A DNA stretch of 51,253 nt, counting the filler, from Anaerolineae bacterium (lineage in GTDB: Bacteria > Chloroflexota > Anaerolineae > Epilineales > Epilineaceae): assembly GCA_029262755.1 (NCBI GenBank). It is 9 parts of 9 records of this genome, joined end to end, with 100 filler letters (N's around TTAATTAATTAA, not from the genome) between each part and the next. Parts side by side here need not be neighbours in the genome. Positions count along the whole stretch, not along the records: positions 37,456 to 42,675 come from JAJCYU010000425.1; positions 42,776 to 46,543 come from JAJCYU010000426.1; positions 46,644 to 51,253 come from JAJCYU010000428.1; 6 more parts are not named here. One strand, 5' to 3'. Positions 39,391-47,697 of this stretch are shown here, one piece after another. Position numbers and translations under genes: made by a program. Below the pieces are notes generated by a model. It had not been told where the DNA came from. It saw only the letters and a list, made by a program, of their open reading frames with translations, and did no database searches. How positions within the stretch are numbered: position 1 is the first letter of the stretch; each line of letters opens with the position of its first letter.

Positions 39391-40185
39391 GACTCTTCCG
39401 AATTCCTGCGCTTCCGCGGGGAAACGCCACCCAAACTCGACCGCATGACGACGTCGGACTCGGCGAAGCTCCAGTCCCAGCTCGAGCGCTTTCTCCGACT
39501 CGGTGGCATTCCCGATCCGCTGAAGTATCCGGAGCTCGCGCTGCGGCAGACGCTGTACGATGACGTCCTCTACCGCTACATCGCCACGCGCCACCGAATC
39601 GCCGAGGTTTCCGCCCTGCGCGAGCTCGCGTTCTTCTTGATGAGCAACCCAGCGAGCCGGATCTCCTACAACAAGCTCAAGCGACGCCTCGAGCTCGGCA
39701 GTGTCAACACCGTCATGAGTTATGTCGAGCACCTGCGGGACAGTTGGCTGCTGTTCACCACGAACGTGTACGACTTCTCTGTCAAACGGCAGCAGATCGC
39801 GCCCAAGAAGGTCTATGCCATCGACAGGGGCTTGGCGGACACCGTCGGGTTCTGCTTCTCCCCGAACACCAGACGACTGCTGGACAACCTGGTCTTCCAC
39901 GCGCTCCGCCAGCGCTCACCCCAGGTCTACTACATCTCCGGCCCAGGCAATACCGAGGTCGACTTCTACGTTCAAGACCAGCAGCTCCTAATCCAGGTCG
40001 CCCAACAGATCGACCAGGACCAGGTCGAGACGCGCGAGCGCGAAGTCCGTGCCCTCCGCGACGGTATGCGTCAGCTCGGGCTGAGCGAAAGCCTGCTGCT
40101 CGCCGATCGCAACCAGGATCCCATCGAGGCCGATGGACAGGTGATCCACGTTCGATCGATGGCTGAGTGGTTGTTGGGGGCCTGA
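39373..40185 (+). pseudogene. 5'-truncated AAA_14/DUF4143 ATPase
   Basis: Begins at the mid-protein LFPF..EFL motif; retains GGIP, PKKVYAIDRGL and EVDF...IQV; Walker A and B are missing. Confidence 0.8.
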
Positions 40186-40233
40186 GCTCCAGGAATCGGT
40201 CGGCCGCTCGCTGCCGGAACTAACGGGTCACAC

Positions 40234-40851
40234 CTACTGCACGTCGAAGACGTCGTCCACGCTCACGCTGAATTCTACGAGCAGTTTCGAGTGCGCCTGC
40301 TCACCTCTGCCGGATTCCCCAAACGTTCGGTAGGCCTCGCCATCCAGCGTCAAAACCGTGATTCGCTCTTCGAGCGGATTGACGATCCAATACTCCGGAA
40401 TACCCGCCGCGGCATAATCCCGCGGCTTCTCCACCGTGTCTCGTTCCGGTCGATCGGGGCTCACGATCTCCACGACCAGGTCAGCGCCGCGCCAGTACGC
40501 GTCCTGGTAGCGTGGATCGCTGGCGTCGAGAAGCATGAGAATGTCGGGCTCGCGAAATGCCCCCGGCCGCACCTGTAGTCGCAGCGGTGCAACCAGGACC
40601 TTTCCGCCGAGTCGTTGGATCGCGGCCTTGAAGTGCTCGTAGAGCAGCAGGAGCATGGACTGATGAGCGCTCGTCGGCCTGGGCAGGACCTCGATGGCGC
40701 CGTCTACGAATTCGATCAGGTGGTTGCTCTGATTCGTGAGCTCAATGTATTGCTCCTCCGTCCACAAGCCCTGCAGCGGCAGCAGATCGATCTCAATGCC
40801 GTCCGCCCGCCGGACGAGCTTGAACTCGAGCAAGTTGGCATTGCTGGGCAT
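40234..40851 (-). CDS. Uma2-family (PDDEXK-like) endonuclease
   Basis: AAAGGAG RBS; IEFVDG, P...HQ, REPDI, DLVVEIVSP and YAAAGIPEYWIVNP motifs. Confidence 0.9.
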   Translation of the reverse strand: MPSNANLLEFKLVRRADGIEIDLLPLQGLWTEEQYIELTNQSNHLIEFVDGAIEVLPRPTSAHQSMLLLLYEHFKAAIQRLGGKVLVAPLRLQVRPGAFREPDILMLLDASDPRYQDAYWRGADLVVEIVSPDRPERDTVEKPRDYAAAGIPEYWIVNPLEERITVLTLDGEAYRTFGESGRGEQAHSKLLVEFSVSVDDVFDVQ

Positions 40852-40900
40852 GTGTGTCTCCTTTGCACCGCGGTCGTCGACGGACGGAGTCTCAGTATAG

Positions 40901-41274
40901 CCCGCTACGTCTCGATCGATCTCTGGCGCTGGAAGGCCGCGATCGTCGAGCGACTGGCGACGCTGCGCCCGACGGCCCACGAGCGGTCCGCGCAGGTGAT
41001 GCCGGCCAAGGGCGGCGTGCCGTGGCTCGGCTTCGTCGTCCATCACATGCACCGGCGCATCAAAGCACGCAACGTGCGCGGCTTCACGCGCCGACTGCGG
41101 CAACGCTGGGCGGACTACGCGGCCGGTCGCATCAGCTTCGCTGAGCTCGACGCCACCGTGCGGGGCTGGGTGGCGCATGCACGGCACGGCGACACTTGGG
41201 GGCTGCGGCGGCATCTGCTCACCAACGAGCGGTTTGTCGTGCACGCCGTTCCTGGCGGCTATGGACTGCGCTAG
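40901..41274 (+). pseudogene. C-terminal remnant of a DGR-type reverse transcriptase
   Basis: ARYV then LWRWKAAIVERLATLR...GVPWLGFVV...HRRIKARNV...GWVAHARHGDTWGLR; the catalytic DD and all upstream RT motifs are absent. Confidence 0.75.
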
Positions 41275-41320
41275 ACTGTCCAGCACCCACGTGCCCGAGC
41301 GCAGAGATCGAGGGATGCAT

Positions 41321-41551
41321 ATGGATTGGAAGGATCACATCGCGATCGACACCGAGGTGCTTGCGGGCAAACCAGTTGTCCGGGGCACCCGCCTCTCCGT
41401 GTCCCTGATTCTCGGACACCTGGCTCAGGGCTGGAGCATCGAAGACCTGCTCGACAGCTATCCGAGGCTCACCGAACAAGGCGTCCGTGCTTGCCTCGCC
41501 TACGCTCAGGACATTCTGGAGCAGGAGATCGTGTTCCCCATGGTCAGCTAG
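41321..41551 (+). CDS. DUF433-family antitoxin (VapB45-like)
   Basis: IAIDTEVLAGKPVVRGTRLSV...LLDSYPRLT...ACLAYA. Confidence 0.9.
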   Translation: MDWKDHIAIDTEVLAGKPVVRGTRLSVSLILGHLAQGWSIEDLLDSYPRLTEQGVRACLAYAQDILEQEIVFPMVS

Positions 41552-41555
41552 CACG

Positions 41556-41672
41556 GTGCACCTCCTGGCAGACGAGAACGTGCCCCTCGGGCAAGCGACG
41601 GACCGGGCGAGCATCGCTCGACCTAGCCACGCCGCTCAAACCACGCCACATCGGCGCCTGTGGACCTGGTAG
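41556..41672 (+). pseudogene. Truncated DUF5615 PIN-like toxin (VapC45-like)
   Basis: Starts (M)HLLADENVP directly after DUF433; recognisable similarity ends after about 10 codons and a stop follows early. Confidence 0.65.
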
Positions 41673-41926
41673 CAAACACAACTCACCACGGATTGAAGGC
41701 CACCGACGTTGGACATCCCTGAACTTACGGATGAGCCTTTACCTGGCGCTCTCGGACAGTCGGCGTATGCGATCTCGGACGAACGGGCATCGAAGATTCC
41801 TGGAGCTCCCGCGTCCTGCTCGATGCGAACCTGCAAGCGGCTCCTCCGACACCTTCGACAACCGGCCGCTCTCTCCGCGGCACGCGTGCCCAGCGCGCGG
41901 ATAGTATCATCTCGACAGGATGGGCT

Positions 41927-42034
41927 TACCTCGACAAGCTCGGCGTCCGCCTGACCAAGCTGAGCGAAGAGCAAGCCGAGTACATCGGCGTGAAGGCGGA
42001 AGGCCCGTACAAGCCGGAGGGGTATCGGTACTAG
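41927..42034 (+). pseudogene. ahcY: Orphan 3' end (35 codons) of adenosylhomocysteinase
   Basis: [35 protein letters not shown] matches the conserved AhcY C-terminus; the in-frame upstream sequence is unrelated. Confidence 0.85.
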
Positions 42035-42192
42035 GGCGTAAGGCGAGCGACCGGGCGTGATGAGCCCGGGGCCGCTCTGCGCGATTCGGTCGCGGTACAC
42101 CGCCACAATACCGTAGATTACAAGCGAGAGTGCCGATGCGCCGAAGCTGCGGCGCATCGGCTCCCGAGCCTCCACGATAGGGAGACGGTGTG

Positions 42193-42675
42193 CTATGGCC
42201 TAGGTACGGCGTACGCGCCGTCCGCCGACAGCTGCAGCCGGACCACGGTCAACCCTCTACCGTTTGAGACCGTGGTTTCCCAGTAGTAGGCGACCGGCAC
42301 CGGTGGGGCGGCGGTTGCCTGGCCTCCCCGGATCTCGCGGATGAAGAGGCTTGGCAATCCCATCCGGAGCCACGCATGGCTAGGGTCGTTGAAAAATTCC
42401 AGGACGTCTCTGTCCACGAACCGGACAGGATCTGAGCCGGCATGTACGCGCAGCGTGGCGACCAGGGACTCCCCACCGTTGGGGGGTGAATCGAATCCCG
42501 ATAGCGAGCGAAGCTGGGCCTCGAGTTCGCCTCCACGATGCCGGGGTACGTGAAGCACGGCGTACCCCTCCGCATCCGTCGCGGAGCTCGCCAGCGTGAG
42601 CGTCGTGGCATCGATAGACGAATCCGGGCTCCAGATTCGCGGTGGTACCTGAGCATCGGGATGCCGGCTCGCCTC
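42193..42675 (-). CDS. Hypothetical protein, probably 5'-partial
   Basis: ORF running toward the contig edge; no family recognised. Confidence 0.4.
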   Translation of the reverse strand, partial: EASRHPDAQVPPRIWSPDSSIDATTLTLASSATDAEGYAVLHVPRHRGGELEAQLRSLSGFDSPPNGGESLVATLRVHAGSDPVRFVDRDVLEFFNDPSHAWLRMGLPSLFIREIRGGQATAAPPVPVAYYWETTVSNGRGLTVVRLQLSADGAYAVPRP

Positions 42676-42775
42676 NNNNNNNNNNNNNNNNNNNNNNNNN
42701 NNNNNNNNNNNNNNNNNNNTTAATTAATTAANNNNNNNNNNNNNNNNNNNNNNNNNNNNNNNNNNNNNNNNNNNN

Positions 42776-43004
42776 GATGCCGACGGAGGTTCCGGCCACT
42801 GAGATACCGAGCCCGACCGAGGCGCCGGCCACGGCCGTCCCGACCGAGCTGCCGTCCACGGAAGTCCCGCCCACCGAAGTGCCCGCAACGCAAGCGCCGG
42901 CCTCCCCGACCCCGCAGCCGACCATCGGCACGCCGCGGGCGGATATCCAGCCGACGCCCGTGACCGCGCGCTTCCTCTACCTGCCGATGCTCCTGCGGCG
43001 CTGA
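42776..43004 (+). CDS. C-terminus of a secreted protein with PTE repeats and terminal FLYLPMLLRR, 5'-partial
   Basis: PTEVPATE-like repeats followed by a YLP tail. Confidence 0.75.
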
Positions 43005-43011
43005 GCTCTCC

Positions 43012-43866
43012 GTGCAGCCCGCAGCGCCGGAGCCGGCGGACTCCCGGTCCGAGATTCCTTCTCCCAATCCAGATTTGCATCGCCGCTCGACGTCGCGCCT
43101 TCTTGGCGTGCCGCGAGCCGGCGCCGTGCCACGCAATACACCGCCGGGCGATGCGGAGCCGGTCACGGCCGGGCCGCCATCGGAGACAGGGGCGGAAGGC
43201 GCTGCCCCCGCGCCACGAGCGTCGCACCGGATGCAGCCGTCGCGACGCAGCGTGAACGCGGCCGAATCGCAGACACCGCGTTCTTCCGCACCAATTTGGG
43301 CCGCGGCGGGATTGTTGGCGATGGAGGCCGTCGCCCTTGCCGCGCTGATCGGCTACGGCTTGCTCGGGACACAGTGGCGCCCTGCGTGGCCGCTGCCCGG
43401 TCCGGAGACGATCCGGACCGCCGTTGCCCTCACGTTGCTGCCTGCCGCGGTTCTGTCCGCGATTTCCGCGGTCATGATCCTCGTACAACGCCGCGGTGGT
43501 TGGCTGCTTGCCATGATGGCGCAGGGAATGCTCCTCTCCGTCTGCCTAGCCCTTCACGCGATGCGCGACGGCGCGATCGCCGACCTCTCGCAGGCCACAG
43601 GCACAGGCTTCGTGCTGCCGCTAATGGCCTATGGCGTGCTTACCGTGTTGCATCTAAACACACGCCACGTCAGGGCTGCCGTCTACGACCGCACGGCACA
43701 CGAGGGCGAGGATGGGGATGACGGCAACGGTGCTGCGGTGCGCGTGGCAGAGCGGGGCGGCGAGCCGGATCCGGAATCTGCACCGCGGCCGTCGTCCACG
43801 GAGCTACTCTCCGCCGAGCCACCCTCCGCCGGCCCCTCGCCTTCGTCGTCCCCACCCGCGCGATGA
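43012..43866 (+). CDS. Hypothetical membrane protein with about 4 TMs; start uncertain
   Basis: Hydrophobic core; stop overlaps the next ATG (ATGA). Confidence 0.6.
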   Translation: MQPAAPEPADSRSEIPSPNPDLHRRSTSRLLGVPRAGAVPRNTPPGDAEPVTAGPPSETGAEGAAPAPRASHRMQPSRRSVNAAESQTPRSSAPIWAAAGLLAMEAVALAALIGYGLLGTQWRPAWPLPGPETIRTAVALTLLPAAVLSAISAVMILVQRRGGWLLAMMAQGMLLSVCLALHAMRDGAIADLSQATGTGFVLPLMAYGVLTVLHLNTRHVRAAVYDRTAHEGEDGDDGNGAAVRVAERGGEPDPESAPRPSSTELLSAEPPSAGPSPSSSPPAR

Positions 43867-45782
43867 CCGCTACCGTGCCCGAGCCGGCGCTCGAGAACAC
43901 CGATCGCGACCTGCTGCGACGCTTTGAGCCCATCTTGTGCTTCACCAAAGGTGAGAGCTTCTTTCCGTTGGATCCGGCCGATTACGTTGCGTGCTCCAGC
44001 CTGTGGGTGAAGCGCCCGGGCCGCGCATCGGAGCGTTTAGCCGCAGCGGGCGCGTTGACGCTCGACACCCTGGGCATGCCTCGTCGTGACGTGTTCGGCG
44101 CCGTCCACTTTCTGCGCTACGGACACAGGGAGACGAAGGCCCTTGCCGCGCAGGCCGCCTTGCGCTTCCACCGCAGCGTACGGCGGCGCTTCCATGCCGG
44201 TCCCGGACGGCTGGCACGTGTCGGCTACGTGTCACGCTTTATCGACGCCTTGTTCACGCTCGTGCTGCTGCTGCGCGGCCGATTGCCGGGTGGAGCGGCG
44301 GCCAGCGCCTTCGACTCGTACGCATGCTCGCCGGATGCGCAGCGGCGATTCTACTGTGGCCGGGTCGTGCGCACGCAGGATTGGGTTGCGCTGCAATACT
44401 GGTTCTTCTACGCATACAACAATTGGCGATCGGCGTTCTTCGGCGCCAACGATCACGAGGCCGATTGGGAAATGGTCACGGTCTACCTCGCCCCCGACGA
44501 GGCGGATTTATTGCGACCGGAATGGGTGGCGTATGCCAGCCACGACTTCAGCGGGGATGACCTGCGGCGTCATTGGAGCGATCCGGAACTCGAGCGCCGC
44601 GGCGGGCACCCTGTCGTGTACGCGGCCGCGGGATCCCATGCCAGCTTTTTCACACCCGGTGAGTACCTGACCGAGATCGAGCTGCCCTTCCTGCGCCCCC
44701 TGTCCCGTCTCGCGCAGGCCGCGAGCGTCGTTTGGCACGGGTTGCTCCGGCAGTACCGGGTGCCCGACGAGCTGGAGGCCGCGCGCGCCGTGGGGCCAAG
44801 CGCCTCCGCCGTGCCGGAGCATGGAGCCGGCGGTGATGCCGGAGCGACGGAAGCTGGTCGGATCTTCCGGGTACCGTTCGTCGACTATGCGCGTGGCGAT
44901 GGGCCGACGATCGGCCCCGGCGGCGACGAGCCTTGGGAAGAGCCCCGCCTTTTGACGCCCGATGCCGGCTGGGCAACGGACTACCGAGGCCTTTGGGGGC
45001 TGTACGCGGAAGATCCCTTCGCCGGGGAGGACGCGCCGGCCGGTCCACGCTTCAATCGGGACGGGAGCGAGCGCAGGGCCTGGCGGGATCCCGTCGGCTG
45101 GGCGGGGCTCGACAAGGTTGTTCCGCTCGCCGAACGCTTGACGCGCGCCCGCGCGCAACGCGATGTCGTGGCCGGGCGCCTACATGCCGTACGTGCGGAC
45201 ATCGACGCGGCCGATGAAGCGCTCGAGGCCGTGAGCATCGAGGTCGAGTCCATGCGTGGGCGGCCGCACCTGCGTAGCGCCTACCAAGAGGGCCGTGCCG
45301 CGATCGCCGCCCAGTCCGATGCGCAGGCAACCCGCCACGCGGAAGCAGCGCGCGAGCACGCGGTCATGGAGGCCCTCGATGACCTCGTGACCCGGCTCGA
45401 AGGCGGCGAAGCGCCCCCGCCGCGCGCGCATCTACGCAGACCGATGCGGCCGGCACCCCGCACCCGACTTCGCCTCGACCGGTGGGCCGAGCTGTGGGCG
45501 GCGGTGAGCATCGGGCTGGCGATGATTACCGTGGTCGCGATTTGGACGGTCCTGCCCGCGTTCCGCGCCGCCGGCTTGGTGGCCGCGATCGGTCTGTTCT
45601 TCTTCATCGAGGCGGGCTTCCGCGGCCGTCTCACGCGCATGGTGACCAGCACTACGCTGGCATTGACCGTGGTTTCGGCGCTCGTGCTGCTCTACGCCTA
45701 CTTCTGGCAGGTCGTGATCGCCGCCGTGCTGATCACCGGTGCGTACATCATCTGGGAGAACGTACGGGAGCTGTGGGTGTAG
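43863..45782 (+). CDS. Membrane-anchored protein with a Vps62/NPP1-like domain, a coiled coil and C-terminal TMs
   Basis: LLRRFEPIL...GESFFP, LQYWFFYAYN, NDHEADWE, YASH, GSHASF and GLWG...GP motifs. Confidence 0.65.
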   Translation: MTATVPEPALENTDRDLLRRFEPILCFTKGESFFPLDPADYVACSSLWVKRPGRASERLAAAGALTLDTLGMPRRDVFGAVHFLRYGHRETKALAAQAALRFHRSVRRRFHAGPGRLARVGYVSRFIDALFTLVLLLRGRLPGGAAASAFDSYACSPDAQRRFYCGRVVRTQDWVALQYWFFYAYNNWRSAFFGANDHEADWEMVTVYLAPDEADLLRPEWVAYASHDFSGDDLRRHWSDPELERRGGHPVVYAAAGSHASFFTPGEYLTEIELPFLRPLSRLAQAASVVWHGLLRQYRVPDELEAARAVGPSASAVPEHGAGGDAGATEAGRIFRVPFVDYARGDGPTIGPGGDEPWEEPRLLTPDAGWATDYRGLWGLYAEDPFAGEDAPAGPRFNRDGSERRAWRDPVGWAGLDKVVPLAERLTRARAQRDVVAGRLHAVRADIDAADEALEAVSIEVESMRGRPHLRSAYQEGRAAIAAQSDAQATRHAEAAREHAVMEALDDLVTRLEGGEAPPPRAHLRRPMRPAPRTRLRLDRWAELWAAVSIGLAMITVVAIWTVLPAFRAAGLVAAIGLFFFIEAGFRGRLTRMVTSTTLALTVVSALVLLYAYFWQVVIAAVLITGAYIIWENVRELWV

Positions 45783-45845
45783 GTAGGTTGCCAAGCCGCC
45801 CTGCCGTCTGGTGCTCGGGCGCAGCCGTGGCCGAACCTGCGAAGC

Positions 45846-46379
45846 CTATAGGTCGAGCAGCCCGGGCAGCGGATCGACGCGGATGAGCCCTGCTGCGACG
45901 TCCACCGCGACGAGGACGTCCTTGATCATCGGCAGCAGCACTTCGCGGCCATCCTCGCCGGTGACGACGAGCACGTCCGTGGCGCCGGTCTCCAGCAACC
46001 GGACGACGGCGCCGAGCGGCACGCCGTCTACGGTCTCTACCCGCATGCCGATAAGCTGGTGGACGTAGTAACTGTCTTCTTCGAGCTCGGCCGCTTCTTC
46101 GACGGGGATCCACACGCTCTGTCCGCGCAATCGGTCCGCGCCGGAACGGTCTCGGACGCCCGCAAAGAGAACGAGCATCCGTGAGCCGTGACCCCGCGCC
46201 GTCTCGATCTCGGTCGCGACGGGGGCGCGGCCACGCGCGGGGTCCAGGCCGAGCCAGACGACCGCTCCGGGCGCAAACCGTGCCTCCGGATGGTCGGTCA
46301 GCACCTCGACCTGGACCTCACCGTTGAGGCCGTGGGGGCGTCGGATGCTCCCCACGGCCAGGTAGTCGGGTGTGCTCAC
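45846..46379 (-). CDS. rimM: Ribosome maturation factor RimM
   Basis: VGSIRRPHGLNGEV, YYVHQLIGMRV, ETGATDVLVV and LLPMIKDV motifs. Confidence 0.95.
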   Translation of the reverse strand: MSTPDYLAVGSIRRPHGLNGEVQVEVLTDHPEARFAPGAVVWLGLDPARGRAPVATEIETARGHGSRMLVLFAGVRDRSGADRLRGQSVWIPVEEAAELEEDSYYVHQLIGMRVETVDGVPLGAVVRLLETGATDVLVVTGEDGREVLLPMIKDVLVAVDVAAGLIRVDPLPGLLDL

Positions 46380-46380
46380 T

Positions 46381-46543
46381 TCAGTCGACGATCTCGAGCT
46401 TCCACTGCTCGTCGCCCGGTGCGGCGTCGAGCAGGGCGCGCACCGCGTTCGCGACGCGCCCATCACGGCCGATTACGCGGCCCATGTCGCCTTGCGCGAC
46501 CTTGAGCTGCACGATGTGTACACGCCCGCGGCTCTTCTCGGAG
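46381..46543 (-). CDS. khpA: KH-domain RNA-binding protein KhpA, 5'-partial; absent from the ORF track
   Basis: Hand translation gives ...LKVAQGDMGRVIGRDGRVANAVRALL...LEIVD*; canonical position upstream of rimM. Confidence 0.9.
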
Positions 46544-46643
46544 NNNNNNNNNNNNNNNNNNNNNNNNNNNNNNNNNNNNNNNNNNNNTTAATTAATTAAN
46601 NNNNNNNNNNNNNNNNNNNNNNNNNNNNNNNNNNNNNNNNNNN

Positions 46644-46919
46644 CAAATAATCCAACTTATAAGCCTTGTCTTAGGCTTAATCTCCCAAATCAACAATAGC
46701 CCGGAGCTTAAAGAATCATTCGGGCTTATTAAACACGTCTTTAAAAAAGACAAAATGTCTTTCATGGACTCACTCACTGTCATCCGACAAGGTACTCACA
46801 TTTTAAATAACGTGGCAAACACACCAGAAACACAAGGCCAACTAGCTGAAATAAAGGCAATAGTTGGCGCACTGGAAAATACCAAACCTAAGAAAAAGAA
46901 ACTTCACCAGGAGGAATAA
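46644..46919 (+). CDS. 95-aa ORF spanning the circular junction (51101-51253 joined to 46785-46919)
   Basis: Open frame ending ...KPKKKKLHQEE* at 46919; start ATG at 51101 preceded by AAAGGA. Confidence 0.75.
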   Translation, partial: QIIQLISLVLGLISQINNSPELKESFGLIKHVFKKDKMSFMDSLTVIRQGTHILNNVANTPETQGQLAEIKAIVGALENTKPKKKKLHQEE

Positions 46920-46923
46920 TGCC

Positions 46924-47697
46924 ATGTCGTTTACCGACTTTATCTCTCCTGCGTTAGGCGCAGTCGGCTTAGCTGTCGATAATGAGAATACTCGTAAAAA
47001 TCGTAACATGCAAAAAGACTTTGCCCGGATGGGTATCCGGTGGAAAGTCGCAGACGCTAAGGCGGCGGGGATTCATCCCCTCGCCGCCCTCGGCGCAAAC
47101 ACAATGCCCTTCAATCCTGTCTATGGTTCGAGCGTAGCAGACGACCTTAGCAATATAGGTCAGGATGTTAGTCGAGCTATCGACTCTACACGTACATTAA
47201 AGGAAAGGGCAGAACACGCTAAACTTGACTTGGAAGCAAAGCGTTTACAAGTCGAAGGTCTCTCCGTAGACTTACAAAACAAAAGAGCTACAAATCCACC
47301 TATGGCAACACTTCCCGGCAATAAACTCAACGGAACCGTTGATGTGGTAAAAGCAAGGGTTGTTGGTAGCGATGAAAAAGACCTCACTAAAGAGGCCGGT
47401 GTCCATCCGGGCCACACTTATTACGCTAATGGTGATGGCTCTTATACTCCTATCCCCTCTGAAAGAGCTAAGGAAGGTATCGAAGATATGACTCTTGCTG
47501 AAATGCAGTGGCAGTTTAGAAATCTTATCCTTCCTAAAACTAAACCTCCCTTTTTACCAAAAGGTGCAACCGGCTGGAAGTGGAAACAACACAAGTTCGC
47601 ATGGTATCCGGTTTATCCACGTGGTCACAAAAAACGTTCTAAATCGGTATTCCGAAAACTTCAAGAAAGGGGTCTGAAAGGTACCCCATTTGAATAA
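46924..47697 (+). CDS. Microvirus DNA pilot protein (VP2/H-like)
   Basis: AGGAGG RBS; Ala/Gly-rich N-terminus, GIRWKVADAKAAGIHPLAALGA motif and a coiled coil. Confidence 0.85.
   Translation: MSFTDFISPALGAVGLAVDNENTRKNRNMQKDFARMGIRWKVADAKAAGIHPLAALGANTMPFNPVYGSSVADDLSNIGQDVSRAIDSTRTLKERAEHAKLDLEAKRLQVEGLSVDLQNKRATNPPMATLPGNKLNGTVDVVKARVVGSDEKDLTKEAGVHPGHTYYANGDGSYTPIPSERAKEGIEDMTLAEMQWQFRNLILPKTKPPFLPKGATGWKWKQHKFAWYPVYPRGHKKRSKSVFRKLQERGLKGTPFE

Noticed and set aside
40234..41286. 350-aa Uma2 fusion and 219-aa RT ORF as listed in the ORF track
   Set aside because: The extensions are each other's antisense. Uma2 has its own RBS and ATG at 40851, and RT similarity begins near 40901.
41709..41920. 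DIPELTDE and RIVSSR as BrnA/BrnT toxin-antitoxin remnants
   Set aside because: The matches are too short to support a call.
37456..42675. Functional DGR or retron
   Set aside because: Only the RT C-terminus is present, the catalytic aspartates are missing, and no TR/VR pair, avd or ncRNA was seen.
15091..46643. Eight recurring TTAATTAATTAA motifs flanked by N runs
   Set aside because: Artificial contig linkers with stops in six frames. They are not biological repeats, and adjacency across them means nothing.
46644..46784. 141-bp direct repeat with 51113-51253 read as att sites or terminal repeats
   Set aside because: It lies exactly at both contig ends, cuts through an ORF and has the length of a common assembler k-mer, so it is best read as circular overlap.
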